NCBI GenBank assembly: GCA_020137815.1
Contig: CM035361.1
Location: 4,030,001-4,094,000, forward strand
Direction of reading: 5' to 3'
Origin: Hormiphora californensis
Taxonomy: Eukaryota; Animalia; Ctenophora
DNA: 64,000 bases
Program-made: the position numbers and the translations under genes
Shown here: piece after piece, positions 24,455 to 37,258 of the stretch
How positions within the stretch are numbered: position 1 is the stretch's first letter
Layout: the number at the start of each line of letters is the position of its first letter
The notes under the pieces: generated by a model
The model's input: the letters and a program-made list of their open reading frames with translations, nothing else
The model's database searches: none
Told to the model about the DNA's origin: nothing

Positions 24455-24819
24455 GTTCAAGAGCGAGCGTGCAAGAGCACACCAAATCCAGAAGAGACCA
24501 TATCCAAGAGCGCATCACATCCAGAAGAGACCATATCCAAGAGTGCATCACATCCAAAAGAGACCATATCCAAGAGCGCATCACATCCAGAAGAGACCAT
24601 ATCCAAGAGCTCATCACATCCAGAAGAGACCATATCCAAGAGCGCATCACATCCAGAAGAGACCATATCCAAGAGCGCACACGCACCACATCTAGAAGAG
24701 ACCACATCCAGAAGATCGGTATCTTTTGGATGCGGAGCTTTAGCTTGGAGTGGTCTCTTCTGGATGGGGTGTGCTATTGGATGTGCAGGTGCGCTCTTGG
24801 ATCTGGTGCGCTCTTGAAC
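24455..24819. mobile_element. MITE-like element with a 33-bp subterminal repeat expanded on one arm
   Basis: Ends gttcaagagcg / cgctcttgaac. About 7 copies of atccagaagagaccatatccaagagcgcatcac on the left, degenerate inverted copies on the right. Confidence 0.7.
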
Positions 24820-25390
24820 TTAATTATGGTTCAAAATCCTGCAGCATAACCATGAGTAAAACCACCTACATAAACACAATTGTTTTCCAGATTCATTTAA
24901 CAAACTAAAACACAGATCAGCTGGCTAAAATAAATAAAAGTTGTAAAATGAATGGGAAAATATCCCGGAGATATAAGGTCACGTACACTACATAAAATAA
25001 ATAGTTTTATTGTTCATTTACTCCTCCTCGTCTAATACATTGTTCTCACTCCTTACAAAGTGTAGCACTTCTATTAATCAAACCATCATCATCATCATCA
25101 TCAAAAAGGGGAGCGAGAGAGGCCGGAGGTGATATCTGATGTGTTTCCTCCTCGTCTAGCAGTCGAGGGGAGTAGAAGTAATTGTATCCCAGAGGACTCC
25201 ACGACAACTCAAACAGTCACTGTAGGTAGGGAATTAAATCAGTGACATCACGGTTACTAGGTAGGGATTAAATCAGTGACATCATGGTTTATGAAAGTGT
25301 AATGTAAATTACTAGTGAGAATAATTTAAAGAAAACAGCTTTGACTTGACTTGGGAATGCGAGAACAATTTATTGAGGCCCATGGTATTA

Positions 25391-25483
25391 CAGTCGGACT
25401 TTAGTGGCATCCTCGGGGGAAAAATCCTGCTACTAAATCGGGGTGCCACTAAATAGGGGTGCCACTAAATCGGGCTCCGACTG
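25391..25483. mobile_element. Tc1/pogo-like MITE (CAGTCGGA...TCCGACTG)
   Basis: TA-flanked TIRs; same family as 40967-41108, 42251-42317, 44161-44317, 52941-53016, 56153-56355 and a partial copy at ~36780-36900. Confidence 0.8.
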
Positions 25484-25559
25484 TATTATGGTTGAACTTT
25501 GGAAACGATATTTCGGGATCCAGAGAGGACAGATTTGATCCAGTGATTCGCCTCACTCA

Positions 25560-27384
25560 CTAAGTTAAGTATCCATCAGCACAAAAGTCGTCGTGTCGTA
25601 AGCAGCCGGTGTGTGAACAGCAATCCCCACAAACCCAATTCCAACATTCTTTGCATGTCTGTAATTAATTATATTGAAAAATAAAATTAAATAATCCTGT
25701 CGTAAAAATTTAATTAAATGAATGTAAAATAATCAAATGAATGAATGAGTGGTGTAATGGACCAGGATATGCCTTAAAAACCAAACTTTTACAAAAATTT
25801 CCCAAAATGGGCCGAATATTTTTGATAAATTAGTAACTTAGCTTAGTAATTTAGTTAGTAACTCAGTTAGTAACTTAGCTTAGTAATTTAGTTAGTAAAT
25901 TAGTTAGTAACTAAGTTGGTTACCATGGTAACTTAGTTGGTTACCATGGTAACTTAGTTGGTTACCATGGTAACTTAGTTAGTATTTACCTTTCCGCAAA
26001 GTCCTCTACACTCATCAGCAATGAGGGCCTCCATATCAGGTGCAGCCCACCCATTGAAAGTACAGACCTTGGTAGCGTTAGGCCCGTTGAATTGATAGGT
26101 CCGAGGATCCACTTCAATGGTCTCGGCCATCAAGCTTCTTTTAGCCTGATCAGATCAGAGGGGGAGTATGGGGACATTCGGATGTCTGTGGACAGCGGGG
26201 TTGATGTGGATCAGAGGGGGAGTAAGAGAAAGTCTAAAGTGTCATACCGACCCTGTGCTGTCAACCTCGATTTACCGGACTCCTCGGGGGTTTTGCACGG
26301 TTAACTGCTGTATAAGGCATCGGGCTGACCCGATCTCGAGAATGGTCAGGCATCTCGCTGACAGGTCATCAGAGGTTCCGTTAAATTGGGGTTTGACTGC
26401 TTCACAAAACCCACGAGTAGTCCGATTAATCAAGACTTGACAGTATAGTACCCGTTTTTGGTGATGAAAGTTATCGGCAGCCATCCCCATTCTGTAGAGA
26501 AACATGGCAGCCGGGGACTTCCCATCCTTTCAGTTGTAGTTCATCGTGAATCAGCTTCACGGCAACGGGGAAGAATCTGAAATGGAAATATAATAAATCG
26601 GGGTCAACTGTGCGATTCTTATCAACAGCTGAAGTTCACGTTAAGCCAAATGCCATTGTAGAATCTGATTAGTTGTTTTACCAAACTATAAACTAAATCT
26701 AAATTTAGTATCTATACCGGAAGTCAGGGTCCTCGAACAGTTTCTTCAACTTCAGTCCCTCCTCCTGGTGTCGGGTGTCCTTGACATCAAACTGTTCACC
26801 TGTATGATGTAATCATCAAAGTTATTGAGATCAGAGTTATTGAGATTAGAGTTTATGAAATATTTTTTAAAAAGGGTTTTAAAAAGGGTTTTCCTAATTT
26901 TGACTGCAAGTCTGAATTTTGGACGATATTCATCACAGTCACTACTTACTACTTAGTGCGGGAAAATAGCCCTTCTGTATGACTCCTGAACTGCAATTCA
27001 GTTTGACGGCCACTTACTGGAAAATATCTAAAGTTTGTGCATAAGTACGGCTGTTTACTCAACTTTTGCAATTTTCACAAACTTCAGTTATTCTCCAGTA
27101 AGTATAGCCCTCGAACTTTGGCAGCGTGTTACATACAGGGGATAGCGCGACGTGCCCAACCTCGAACTGAACCCCAGTTCAGAATTTATATTTGCCACTT
27201 TAACCTACCATCTATAACAATGAACCTACAATGAACCTACCATCTAGAACAATGAACATGTCCTGTTGGTTTGCGTAGTACTCCACCTTTACAAACTCCC
27301 TTTTCCTCCCGTCCTGTTCCCCAGAGACAGCGAGACTCGAATACCCGGTGGATTCCAGCAGGTCCAGAGTTACCAGGTGATACC
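25560..27384 (-). CDS. Cys-rich protein with a C-terminal CxGxCG...CWxWVCGDCCxHxGCxxHDxxC domain (PLA2-like His-Asp motif); 5' exons unresolved
   Basis: Exons 27384-27241, 26799-26718, 26576-26276, 26145-25990 and 25658-25560. C-terminus reads ECRGLCGKTCKECWNWVCGDCCSHTGCLRHDDFCADGYLT*. The model needs two 1-nt corrections in homopolymers (~26514 and ~26140). Confidence 0.75.
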
Positions 27385-27516
27385 CTGCAAAGAAGAATCT
27401 GTCAGTTGGTATTATCTGCAATTAATCTAGGATCAATATACAATCCTAGTAACTTCTTGAATGAACCTTGTAGTTCTCAGTTATAACTATGCATGGCTGC
27501 TGTAATTTAGGCTGCA

Positions 27517-28492
27517 GTACGGTGGCAGATTCCGGCCAAGAGTTTTTTCAATCAAGTGAAATATTTTTGTTTGAAGTTTTATAAAAATTTTATCTCAAAA
27601 TAAAAATAAACATGTCGTTAAAATTATTGGCCGGAATCTGCCACGCGGGTGGCAGATTCCGGCCAAGATTCTCAAAAATCCTTGGCCAGAATCTGCCACA
27701 CACGTGGCAGATTCTGGCCAACCAAATAAAACTTGTTTATATCAAAGCGAAAACCACTGTATCCGACTAATTTTGACACGCTGAATCACGTAAGATACTT
27801 TTCCAATCCCTCAGAGGTCGGGAAAGTGTCATAACTGACCATAATTGGGTCTAATTGACCCCACTTACAACTTTTCACCTTAAAAAGATAGACGCTTATG
27901 TGAAGGCACTTTTCCGACTAATTTTGATACGCTGAATCACGTAAGCAACTTTTCCAAGTCCTCCGAGGTCGGGAAAATGCCTTAATTGGGTATAATTGGG
28001 TCTAATTAGCCTTAATTGCTCAATTAGGGCACTTTGCCGATCTCTGAGGACTTGGAAAAGTTGTTTACGTGATTCAGCGTATCAAAATTAGTCGGAAAAG
28101 TGCCTTTACATAAGCGTCTATCGTTTTAAGGTGAAAAGTTGTAAGTGGGGTCAATTAGACCCAATTATGGTCAGTTATTACACTTTCCCGACCTCGGAGG
28201 GATTGGAAAAGTATCTTACGTGATTCAGCGTATCAAAATTAGTCGGATACAGTGGTTTTCGCTTTGATATAAACAAGTTTTAGTTGGTTGGCCAGAATCT
28301 GCCACGTGTGTGGCAGATTCTGGCCAAGGTTTTTTGAGAATCTTGGCCGGAATCTGCCACTCGCGTGGCAGATTCCGGCCAATAATTTTATCGACATGTT
28401 TATTTTTATTTTGAAATAAAATTTTTATAAAACTTCAAACAAAAATATTTCACTTGATTGAAAAAACTCTTGGCCGGAATCTGCCACCGTAC
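27517..28492. mobile_element. Palindromic (foldback) non-autonomous element A, TGCA-flanked
   Basis: Near-perfect arms of ~465 bp; TGCA at 27513-27516 and 28493-28496. Confidence 0.88.
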
Positions 28493-28496
28493 TGCA

Positions 28497-29982
28497 CACG
28501 GTGTCCCTTAAGGAGGTGAAACCTCGGCTAGATAAAGTATTTTGGAGACCGGACCTAGGTTACGTATTTTTGACCGAGGAATCCGAAAAACATAAAATTA
28601 AAATCGAAAACGTAGCGTTTTTTGTGTAAAACGGGAAAAACTGTCATTTTTCAGCGATTTTCGACTTTTTACGCTTTCTAGAGATTTTTAAAATATTTCC
28701 TTACAAGATATAATCTTGTGCTTCTAGACTAATAAAATACAATCGATTTGCTACTAATTGGTCCCGGGTTTGTGTGATTTGGTCAAAAGCTCTCTTTACT
28801 GTGGCCCATCAAAGATGGCCACTCTGCAAATACGTTTTTGGCTCCTGTGGCTGCAGATGTAAACCAAAAGAAGATTTATTATACACCAAAATTTGCGTCT
28901 TCTCAAGGCAAACAACCTGGTTTTTACGACATTCCATTTCATGCAGGCGTTGAGGAGTTACAGCTGAAAAACTGCTACAGTGGATTTTGGAAATACCCCT
29001 ACTTCATCAAACTCTAACCCGGGAAAGATTTCGAAAAATATGAATTTTTATACATGAAAATGAAGCTCAGACAAATGCCAACAAGATGCAAAAAACGGGA
29101 AGTATCTAACTTATTTCGTTCAGAAGTTATAGTCAAAATAAAAGTGCTTATATTTGCCTTGAAAACACCCTTTGAAAGCCCTGAAAAACAGCAAATCTGT
29201 CTAAAAATGCAATACGAATAAAATTTCACCTCCAGTGCACCAACTTAGCCCCCTGTGGACAAAATTTGTTTGAAGTTGTCAGAAATTGTCTAAAAGTATG
29301 GTTTTAGAGTGTATTTTCAAGCCAAATATAAGCACTTTTATTTTGACTATAACTTCTGAACGAAATAAGTTAGACACTTCCCGTTTTTTGCATCTTGTTG
29401 GCATTTGTCTGAGCTTCATTTTCATGTATAAAAATTTATATTTTTCGAAATCTTTCCCGGGTTAGAGTTTGATGAAGTAGGGGTATTTCCAAAATCCACT
29501 GTAGCAGTTTTTCAGCTGTAACTCCTCAACGCCTGCATGGAATGGAATGTCGTAAAAACCAGGTTGTTTGCCTTGAGAAGACGCAAATTTTGGTGTATAA
29601 TAAATCTTCTTTTGGTTTACATCTGCAGCCACAGGAGCCAAATACATATTTGCAGAGTGGCCATCTTTGATGGGCCACAGTAAAGAGAGCTTTTGACCAA
29701 ATCACACAAACCCGGGACCAATTAGTAGCAAATCGATTGTATTTTATTAGTCTAGAAGCACAAGATCATATCTTGTAAGGAAATATTTTAAAAATCTCTA
29801 GAAAGCGTAAAAAGTCGAAAATCGCTGAAAAATGACAGTTTTTGCCGTTTTACGCAAAAACCGCTACGTTTTCGATTTTAATTTTATGTTTTTCGGATTC
29901 CTCGGTCAAAAATACGTAACCTAGGTCCGGTCTCCAAAATACTTTATCTAGCCGAGGTTTCACCTCCTTAAGGGACACCGTG
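28497..29982. mobile_element. Palindromic element B, TGCA-flanked (CAC...GTG ends, Chapaev-like); the core 28512-29967 may be a TTAA-flanked Kolobok-like MITE
   Basis: Near-perfect arms of ~680 bp; TGCA at 28493-28496 and 29983-29986; internal TTAA|GGAGGTGAAACC...GGTTTCACCTCC|TTAA. Confidence 0.85.
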
Positions 29983-30232
29983 TGCAGTAATTGGACACGG
30001 TTTCAGAGTGATCACCTTTGTCTTGGGCATATAAAAGCAAAAGCAAAGCTTGTTTCTTGGGCATATAGGCTACTTAACACCAGGATTGTTTGTACACTCA
30101 CCGTCACACAAGCACCGGATGACAGTGGCCACCGGTTTCAGTTGGGGATGCGGATAAGATCCGGCAATGGGGAATAGTTGTGGGGAGAGATGATACCACA
30201 GAGACTTACCTGGAGAGAGAGAGAGGACATGT

Positions 30233-30341
30233 CAGGAACCGACCGAAACAAGTAAACAACCAATCAGAACTCGTTATTTAGGTCACGTGATTGGTTATCA
30301 GCCAATCAGGGACCAGTATTTCCTGATTCGGTCGGTTCCTG
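30233..30341. mobile_element. 109-bp hAT-type MITE
   Basis: Same TIRs as 18659; 8-bp TSD GGACATGT. Confidence 0.92.
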
Positions 30342-31351
30342 GGACATGTGATCAAAGCTGCTGTGTGGCACGGTGCTTGTAATTCAACAGCATGATGTAT
30401 CACATGACATGTGCTAGTCACACACGTGTGTCGAGAAGTATCAGCTAAAGGCAACAATAGCCCTCACAATTGGGTCTTGCATTTTCTTCCACACTTTTGT
30501 ATAGCGCCACAAAGATAGAAACTACATCTTTGGAGGTTAAAGACAGTACCTTTCGAGCTCTTTTTAAAGTTGAAGTCTAATTAAGGTCTAATTAGAGCCT
30601 AATTAGGGAGTAGAGCTATAATATGCCGGTGGGAAAATGCAAAACGCAACTTGCAAGTAAGGGTTATTGTTGCCTTGGGGATTTTTAAAACAAGCATCAG
30701 CTGATTTTTAATTGGAGCGGCAAAAGGCAGCACTCTTCCACGGCGGCCAGAATCGTAATACTGCTCCGTAAGAGATGATCAGGTCTTCCCAGTGATAGTA
30801 GTAAAGTAGAAGCATATCCGGAGTAGTCAACCACCAGCAATCAGAGATGATCCGAGCAAACAGAGATGATCCGAGCAGAAAGACCCAGAAAATCCAGAAG
30901 TTGAGAGATCCAGAAGTTGAGAGATCCAGAAAGTGAGAGCATCAGAAAGTGAGAGATCCAGAAAATGAGAGATCCATAAAGTGAGAGCATCAGAAAGTGG
31001 GAGCATCAGAAAGTGAGAGCACCATGTAAATCAGCATGCATCTTGGTATTAGACCGGCTATATTGAAGCACTCACAACTACTAGAACAAGCAAGGACACC
31101 ATCATCACAAGTGTTGTTCTCCTTATTATAAAACAAGGGAGCCTACAATGAAATATCTGATCAAGAAAATTGGAAAAATATCTGGCGGGGGCCGGGATCG
31201 AACCGACAATAAAACTGAAAACTGGAAAGTTGAATGGATTAGCTCGCGAAGCTGTTATTGATAATTGTTTACGTCCACTGCAGAACGCATAGTACGGTTT
31301 TTAAAAAAGCGATTGAGTAACCGACTTTAAATACTTTCTCACTCTCTCATT

Positions 31352-31426
<75 letters not shown>

Positions 31427-32090
31427 CTATGTCTCAATTTTGTCATTGTTTGTGACCTACACCTGGTTGCGCGATTGATTGATGCGCTGTTGTATTTCGC
31501 GACACAATGGGTCTTGATAATTGGAAAAAAGAGAGGGGGTGGGTCATTTGGGGCAACAATAAGGTTTGAAGACAAAGAAGTGAACAATTACTAAATTTAG
31601 GCAGCTGTCATGTGTTGGAGCTCATAAATAGTGCTCCATCAATAGAATCAAGTGGCAGTGATACACCTGTCCTGGTTCTAAAACAGTTGTATTTACCGGA
31701 CCCTGGTTCTAATACGTCAGAACTATGCAGCTGTTGTAACGAGAATCAAAAGTTATTGTTTTATTATCGCTACATCAGCTGCTGAGTACCGCTATAGTTT
31801 GAAAGGGTCTTTATCACACGTGCACGACAGGTACGTGTGGTGTGTCTAAGTGTTTTTAAAATCATGGTTCTGTGCAGGTGACACAATGATAAATTCAGGG
31901 TTGCAAATCAGTGCCTGGGGTGTGGGGTGTGGGGTGTGGGGTGTGTCTTTTCAACCAGGGTTCTGTGGTGGGGTGTGGATCCTTGTTGTGTAACAAATCA
32001 ATGTCTGAGGGTCCGGTAGAGCAAGTAAATCAATGCCAGTGGCTGATAGTTTTAATTCTTAGGGTTTCAAAATGGTCCACATGTGAGGAC

Positions 32091-32255
32091 TAACGGGTGA
32101 TAACAAAAAATTGTTACTAATTTGAAACGGCTGTAGAATTTTTCCCTTTTGAGATACAGCTTCAGGCTCGTGATAGAACGATTTTTTAGACAATTTTAAA
32201 TCAGAATAATATATCTTCGAAGAATAAAAAGTTCATTTTTAGTTATCACCCGTTA
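32091..32255. repeat. Small MITE-like inverted repeat
   Basis: taacgggtgataac ... gttatcacccgtta. Confidence 0.6.
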
Positions 32256-33591
32256 AGAACTGGATTTTATGGTAAGCAGCTCAATGAATCCAATTATACA
32301 AAAAGGGTTTACTGCATATATTAGGCTAAATTAACGATTCATTACTAATGAATATATTTACTAGAAGATTAATTGACAAATCCAAGCTGAAGGCATTCAC
32401 CTGGGCATCTAAAACACAATAGACATCATTCAAAAGAGGTTCAATCAAAAGAGGTTCAATGAATTACAAATAAACTTCCAAAAGGGATGGTACAGAATTT
32501 AAACGTGGCAGATTACACTGAAAATCATCTCACGCACGTGACTCGACAGAGGAGAGAAACTAATTTTCACGAAGCTCTGACTAACACACCTGTGCTGATT
32601 TTATATAATACAGAATCAACTCAATAGTAGGGAAATGATTTCATTAGATTCATTGTAAATACATTTAGCCACAAATTTACCGGGATCCTCGAGCTAAATA
32701 CTGTTAATATCCTATATCGGGGGAAGTTTATCTTTCTGAAAAAAAACCAGCAAAAAAACAAGCAATAGTCAAATGATATCTTAGTTAGAACGGTTGTTAT
32801 GTGAGCGGGGGTGATTCGTGGAGTTTTAGGGTGATCGTGCATGCAGTAATTATATTATAACACACATGCAGTAACTATGGTAGCACACATACAGTATAGT
32901 TATGTCACAAGCATGTCATTGTCACGTCACAACAGCAGAGAATCATATCAATTAACATAATCAATTAATATGATTATTAATTATATCAATTAACTAACAT
33001 AAATTATTATTTAATGTATACCTGGGGACATGAGGGAGAGACAAGATGCAGTATTTGTAAGATCATACCCCACCCAGGAGGCTGGGGTTGACAGGGAAAT
33101 ACTTGCCAGCGCTGTCATCTGCAACGAAAGGAAAATAGGAAACACATGACTTGAGTTGTAACAAGAATTATTTGCATTATGTACCCATAATGCTATATTT
33201 CCCTGCCCAACTTCAAGGATATAAACTTTGAGTCAAACTTTGAGTCAAACTTTGACAGCCGGCATGAGATCTGGATTGTGCCACGCCTGCTTCTAAGTGG
33301 ATGCTGATATGTGAGCCGGTAAAGCTGATGGGTTGACTAATTAGACTCCAGTTTCAAGGTTATGTGATATCATGTAGTATTCAAGTCGCAGTTCATGCCA
33401 TTGCTTTTAGTTAACTACACAATCTGCTGATTTCTAAACCCTGAATGATCTTTTTAGCACGTGCGTGCTAAAAACATCATCCCGGGTAAATGCCCTTCGG
33501 GCATCACCCGGGCAGGGAAAAAATAATTGAAAATTTGAATTTTTCAAATAGATATTATAGGTCAAAAAATTTCGGGTTCGGAAACTCGTAT

Positions 33592-33861
33592 AGTCGAATT
33601 TTTTAATCAAGGGACAGGGGCCGCGCATTTACAAAAGTCTTTTTGCGCGTGCTAAACATTTTCGCTCATATCTCCTGTTCCTGATAAGATAAAGACTTGA
33701 TCTCGGTTGCATTGAAAAGGTCTTAAAATTATCTTTCCAACGCTTCCGGGTTCAAGTCGTAAGATTGTCAGGAACTTGATCTCGATTATCACGCGCAAAT
33801 ACAAAGCCGCGCGACCCCTCTGAATGCGCGGCCCCCTGTCCCTTGATTAAAAAATTCGACT
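33592..33861. repeat. MITE-like inverted repeat
   Basis: agtcgaattttttaatcaagggacagggggccgcgcatt is mirrored at 33823-33861. Confidence 0.7.
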
Positions 33862-35924
33862 TTATACTCTCGGTAAATGTATCCTATAAAAGGAAACTGT
33901 TATAATTAGGGGGAAAACAGTCGTGACTGGACCTCAGATTCACGTCACGGATATTTACCACTGAGCTACCTCAGACCCGACTGTAGCTGTACTGACCTGA
34001 TCAGCTAGAAGAACTTCAGCAGTTGAAGGGCTGAACCTCAGATAAAAAACAACAACGTAGGTTTTAGTGTCAGTGATTTGGAGATGAGACAAGATATCGC
34101 CACCATTTGCATTATAATGAAATGTTTCCGCTCCTCCTAAAATGGTGCAGTTTAAGATTTATTAATTAATTTAAGATATAATTCCAATTACCATATGAAC
34201 AACCAAAATGATTTTAAACTCGTTCAACCATTTCTAACACGGCCGCTTGCAGAGGAGAAACGGTAACACGTAATTACCTGAACTAATCTCGACGAGTTTT
34301 TCAAAAGCAGCAACTGGAAACTGAACCCGATGTCCATCTGCAAATTATTAATCAAACTTATTTCATGGGTTACCAAATATGGTATATTGTTCCTTTATAA
34401 GCCAAAATTATGTGAATATGTGCTGCTAAAATGTTATAACAGGTTGAAGATATTGCTCCTTCATAAAACTAACCGGCGGATAGATAGATGAGTGGCGTTG
34501 AGACACTTGTTATGGGGTAGGAAAATGTAAGAGTTTGCTGCAGGGAGGGAGAAAGAACAACTCCACATGCTCCAGTGGGAGAATTGCAAAGTGTCACTCC
34601 GCTCACAGTGCAACCTAAAATAATAAAACAAAAAAAGAGATTGTTTGAGTCGCCAGAAAATTTATTTGTTTTTCTTTATTTGAAATTTAATTCATCATGA
34701 GAGCTGGTATGTATACCTTGGCCAGTTGTCTCTGCAATTTTGCAGATAAAAAGGATCAGAATGGAGAGGAAATGTAAACCTCTCTGTAACTTTTCCATCA
34801 ATCTTCACACTAGATATTTCTGGATTCAATTCATTAATTAATTAGTTAATTAAGTCAATTAAAGTTTAGTAAGGTTTAAATTGACTGCACTCAATACAAA
34901 ATAGTAAGTTAAACAAAGTTGACCAAGCTATTGTGACACACGCATTGTGGTTAGTGATGTACTATTAGTGGTGAATGATCGTAGAGACTGATATAGTACA
35001 GTAGGGACTATACAAACAATGCTACCCGCTGACTACTATAAAGTTAAACCTCAATTTACTGGATGGATATATTTCCACCCTTTACCCAACGATGTATTGT
35101 ACGGTAATTCGTCATGCAATCAATCGAGATCCTCTAGAGGATAATCTTATTTTTGTTTGTTTGTTTGTCACTAAACCATGGGATACGCTCAGCAAACCTC
35201 CATACCAACCCGGGTATGTGGTAACTATGGCGCTGAGTCCCTTTCTCTCCCCTGGGAGAGAAAGAGACTCATGGTTTAAATTTCTGGAACATTCGAGAGG
35301 ATCTTGGTCCGTTAGGTAACGTTTTGCCTTTGAAGGGGTCTTGGTCGGGTAGGTAATATTTTGCCTTTGAGAGAGTCTTGGTCTTGAAAATAGGTAACGT
35401 TTTGCCTTTGAGAGGGTCTTGGTCGGGTAGGTAACGTTTTGCCTTTGAGAGGGTCTTGGTCTGGTTTGATGTTTATCGTATTTGTTGGTCTGTCTGGGGC
35501 ACACTTTCAAGCTATGTCTTGTCTTACTCTTAATTATTGAATAGTCAATTACATTCACAATATCAACTGTACACAATAAATGAACAAACAATACGGACAG
35601 GTGAACTTACGACCTTGATGAATGATTGGTACCGTGATGTTGTTGGTGATGAGATGAGAGGTGTAAACATTTCCAATGGTGACAAAGAACGAAAACGATC
35701 AAACACAAACAATGGGTTGGGCAGATTGTAGCACCACTAGAGTGTAAAATGTTCTAGAAGACGATTCGGATGAGATAGATAATAACATTTGTTAGTTGTT
35801 ACACGCGATAAGCGACTTAGTGCACCAAAACACAAGGATTGTCTCTGTAGTGTGGTGTTTTGCAATGTCCGCTATATTGGGAGAGGTGGGTGGGGGAGGG
35901 CGGGTGGGGGTGGGGCGGGGGGTA

Positions 35925-36582
35925 ATATTGGACAAAAATGTTGCTGTAATTTAGTAATGAGACCAGGCCAGGCCCGAGAGACAGTTCAGTGGTAACTGGG
36001 GGGTCATGTGTGATGGAAATGAGAACTAGAGGCAGATTTGAGTTGCATTTTATTGAGGAAAATAGCCCTTTTTAGTGTCTGAGACAAGCAAAAGTGAAAC
36101 GAAATGCAACGTAACGAACGAGTAATGAATAGAATTCTGCTCTGTGACTTGTTAGTGCTCCTTTATCAAACACGCAATGGCAAAGTACAAAGTTTCCCAA
36201 ATTTAATTAAATGCGAAATTTCAAAGTTTTGGTCGATTTTGGCCAAAATTGCTGCCCTAAACTAACTATTGGACAGTGCGTTGCCGGGGAGACTGCTCGC
36301 TGGTGACTGAGAGATCATATGTTCTCGAATATTGGTATTTGAGGCGGATTTAAGTTGCATTTTAGTGTGGGGAAGAGCTCATATTGGACAAAAATGTTGC
36401 TGTAATTTAGTAATGAGACCAGGCCAGGCCCGAGAGACAGTTCAGTGGTAACTGGGGGGTCATGTGTGATGGAAATGAGAACTAGAGGCAGATTTGAGTT
36501 GCATTTTATTGAGGAAAATAGCCCTTTTTAGTGTCTGAGACAAGCAAAAGTGAAACGAAATGCAACGTAACGAACGAGTAAT
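35925..36582 (+). repeat. Two apparently identical 202-bp direct repeats with a 254-bp spacer
   Basis: 35925-36126 matches 36381-36582. Confidence 0.9.
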
Positions 36583-37258
36583 TGAGGATAATCTTAGCTA
36601 AGATTATTAATTACTAGCCGACCAACCGACAAACGGATTGTTAGCAATGAATTGTTTGTTCAAGCAATTCTTAGCTCCCCGGTTTTAGATTTCGATATTT
36701 CATCACTGTTCATTTAATCATTTGCCAACAAAGTCAAGGACACCATGTCACTCGATCCATGATAAATTATAAAAATTGCATTCAGACCCCGATTTACCGG
36801 AACCCCGATTTACCGGGAGGATAAATTTCCCCCGATGTTTGACACCGATATACAGGGCACCCCGATTTACCGGGCAAAATTCTTTCCCCCCAGCATTTCG
36901 GAGGATTCTAACGGGTTTTAACAGCCCGTTAAACTCCTCCTGTGCACGTCGAAATGATTGGCACCGTTAGAATTAGAGAGAGCATTTTTTAACAACGGTC
37001 GGTGTGTCCGCTGAAAAAGTTAAAATTTTAATTTTTAATTTTTACTGGTGTGTACTACCCCCAACGTTTCACCACAGTATGTGCGTGACCCTCGTAAAAG
37101 AGAGAGCTAATGCTATGTGTTAAGGGGAGTTTTTGCTGTATTAATATTATTATTATATTATTATATTAATATTATAATTATAACAATTGTAGAGAGAGAG
37201 AGAGAGAGAGAGGTATTGAAGAATAATGGGCATATTGCAGGCTCGTACTAGCTTAGTC

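Noticed and set aside
28040-28065. Hammerhead-like core CTGAGGA...GAAA
   Set aside because: There is no viable helix II or flanking helices, and the mirror arm does not conserve it.
30100-33118. Upstream exons of the Cys-rich gene (~33118-33022, ~30209-30102)
   Set aside because: Plausible splice sites exist, but I could not join them to 27384 without stops.
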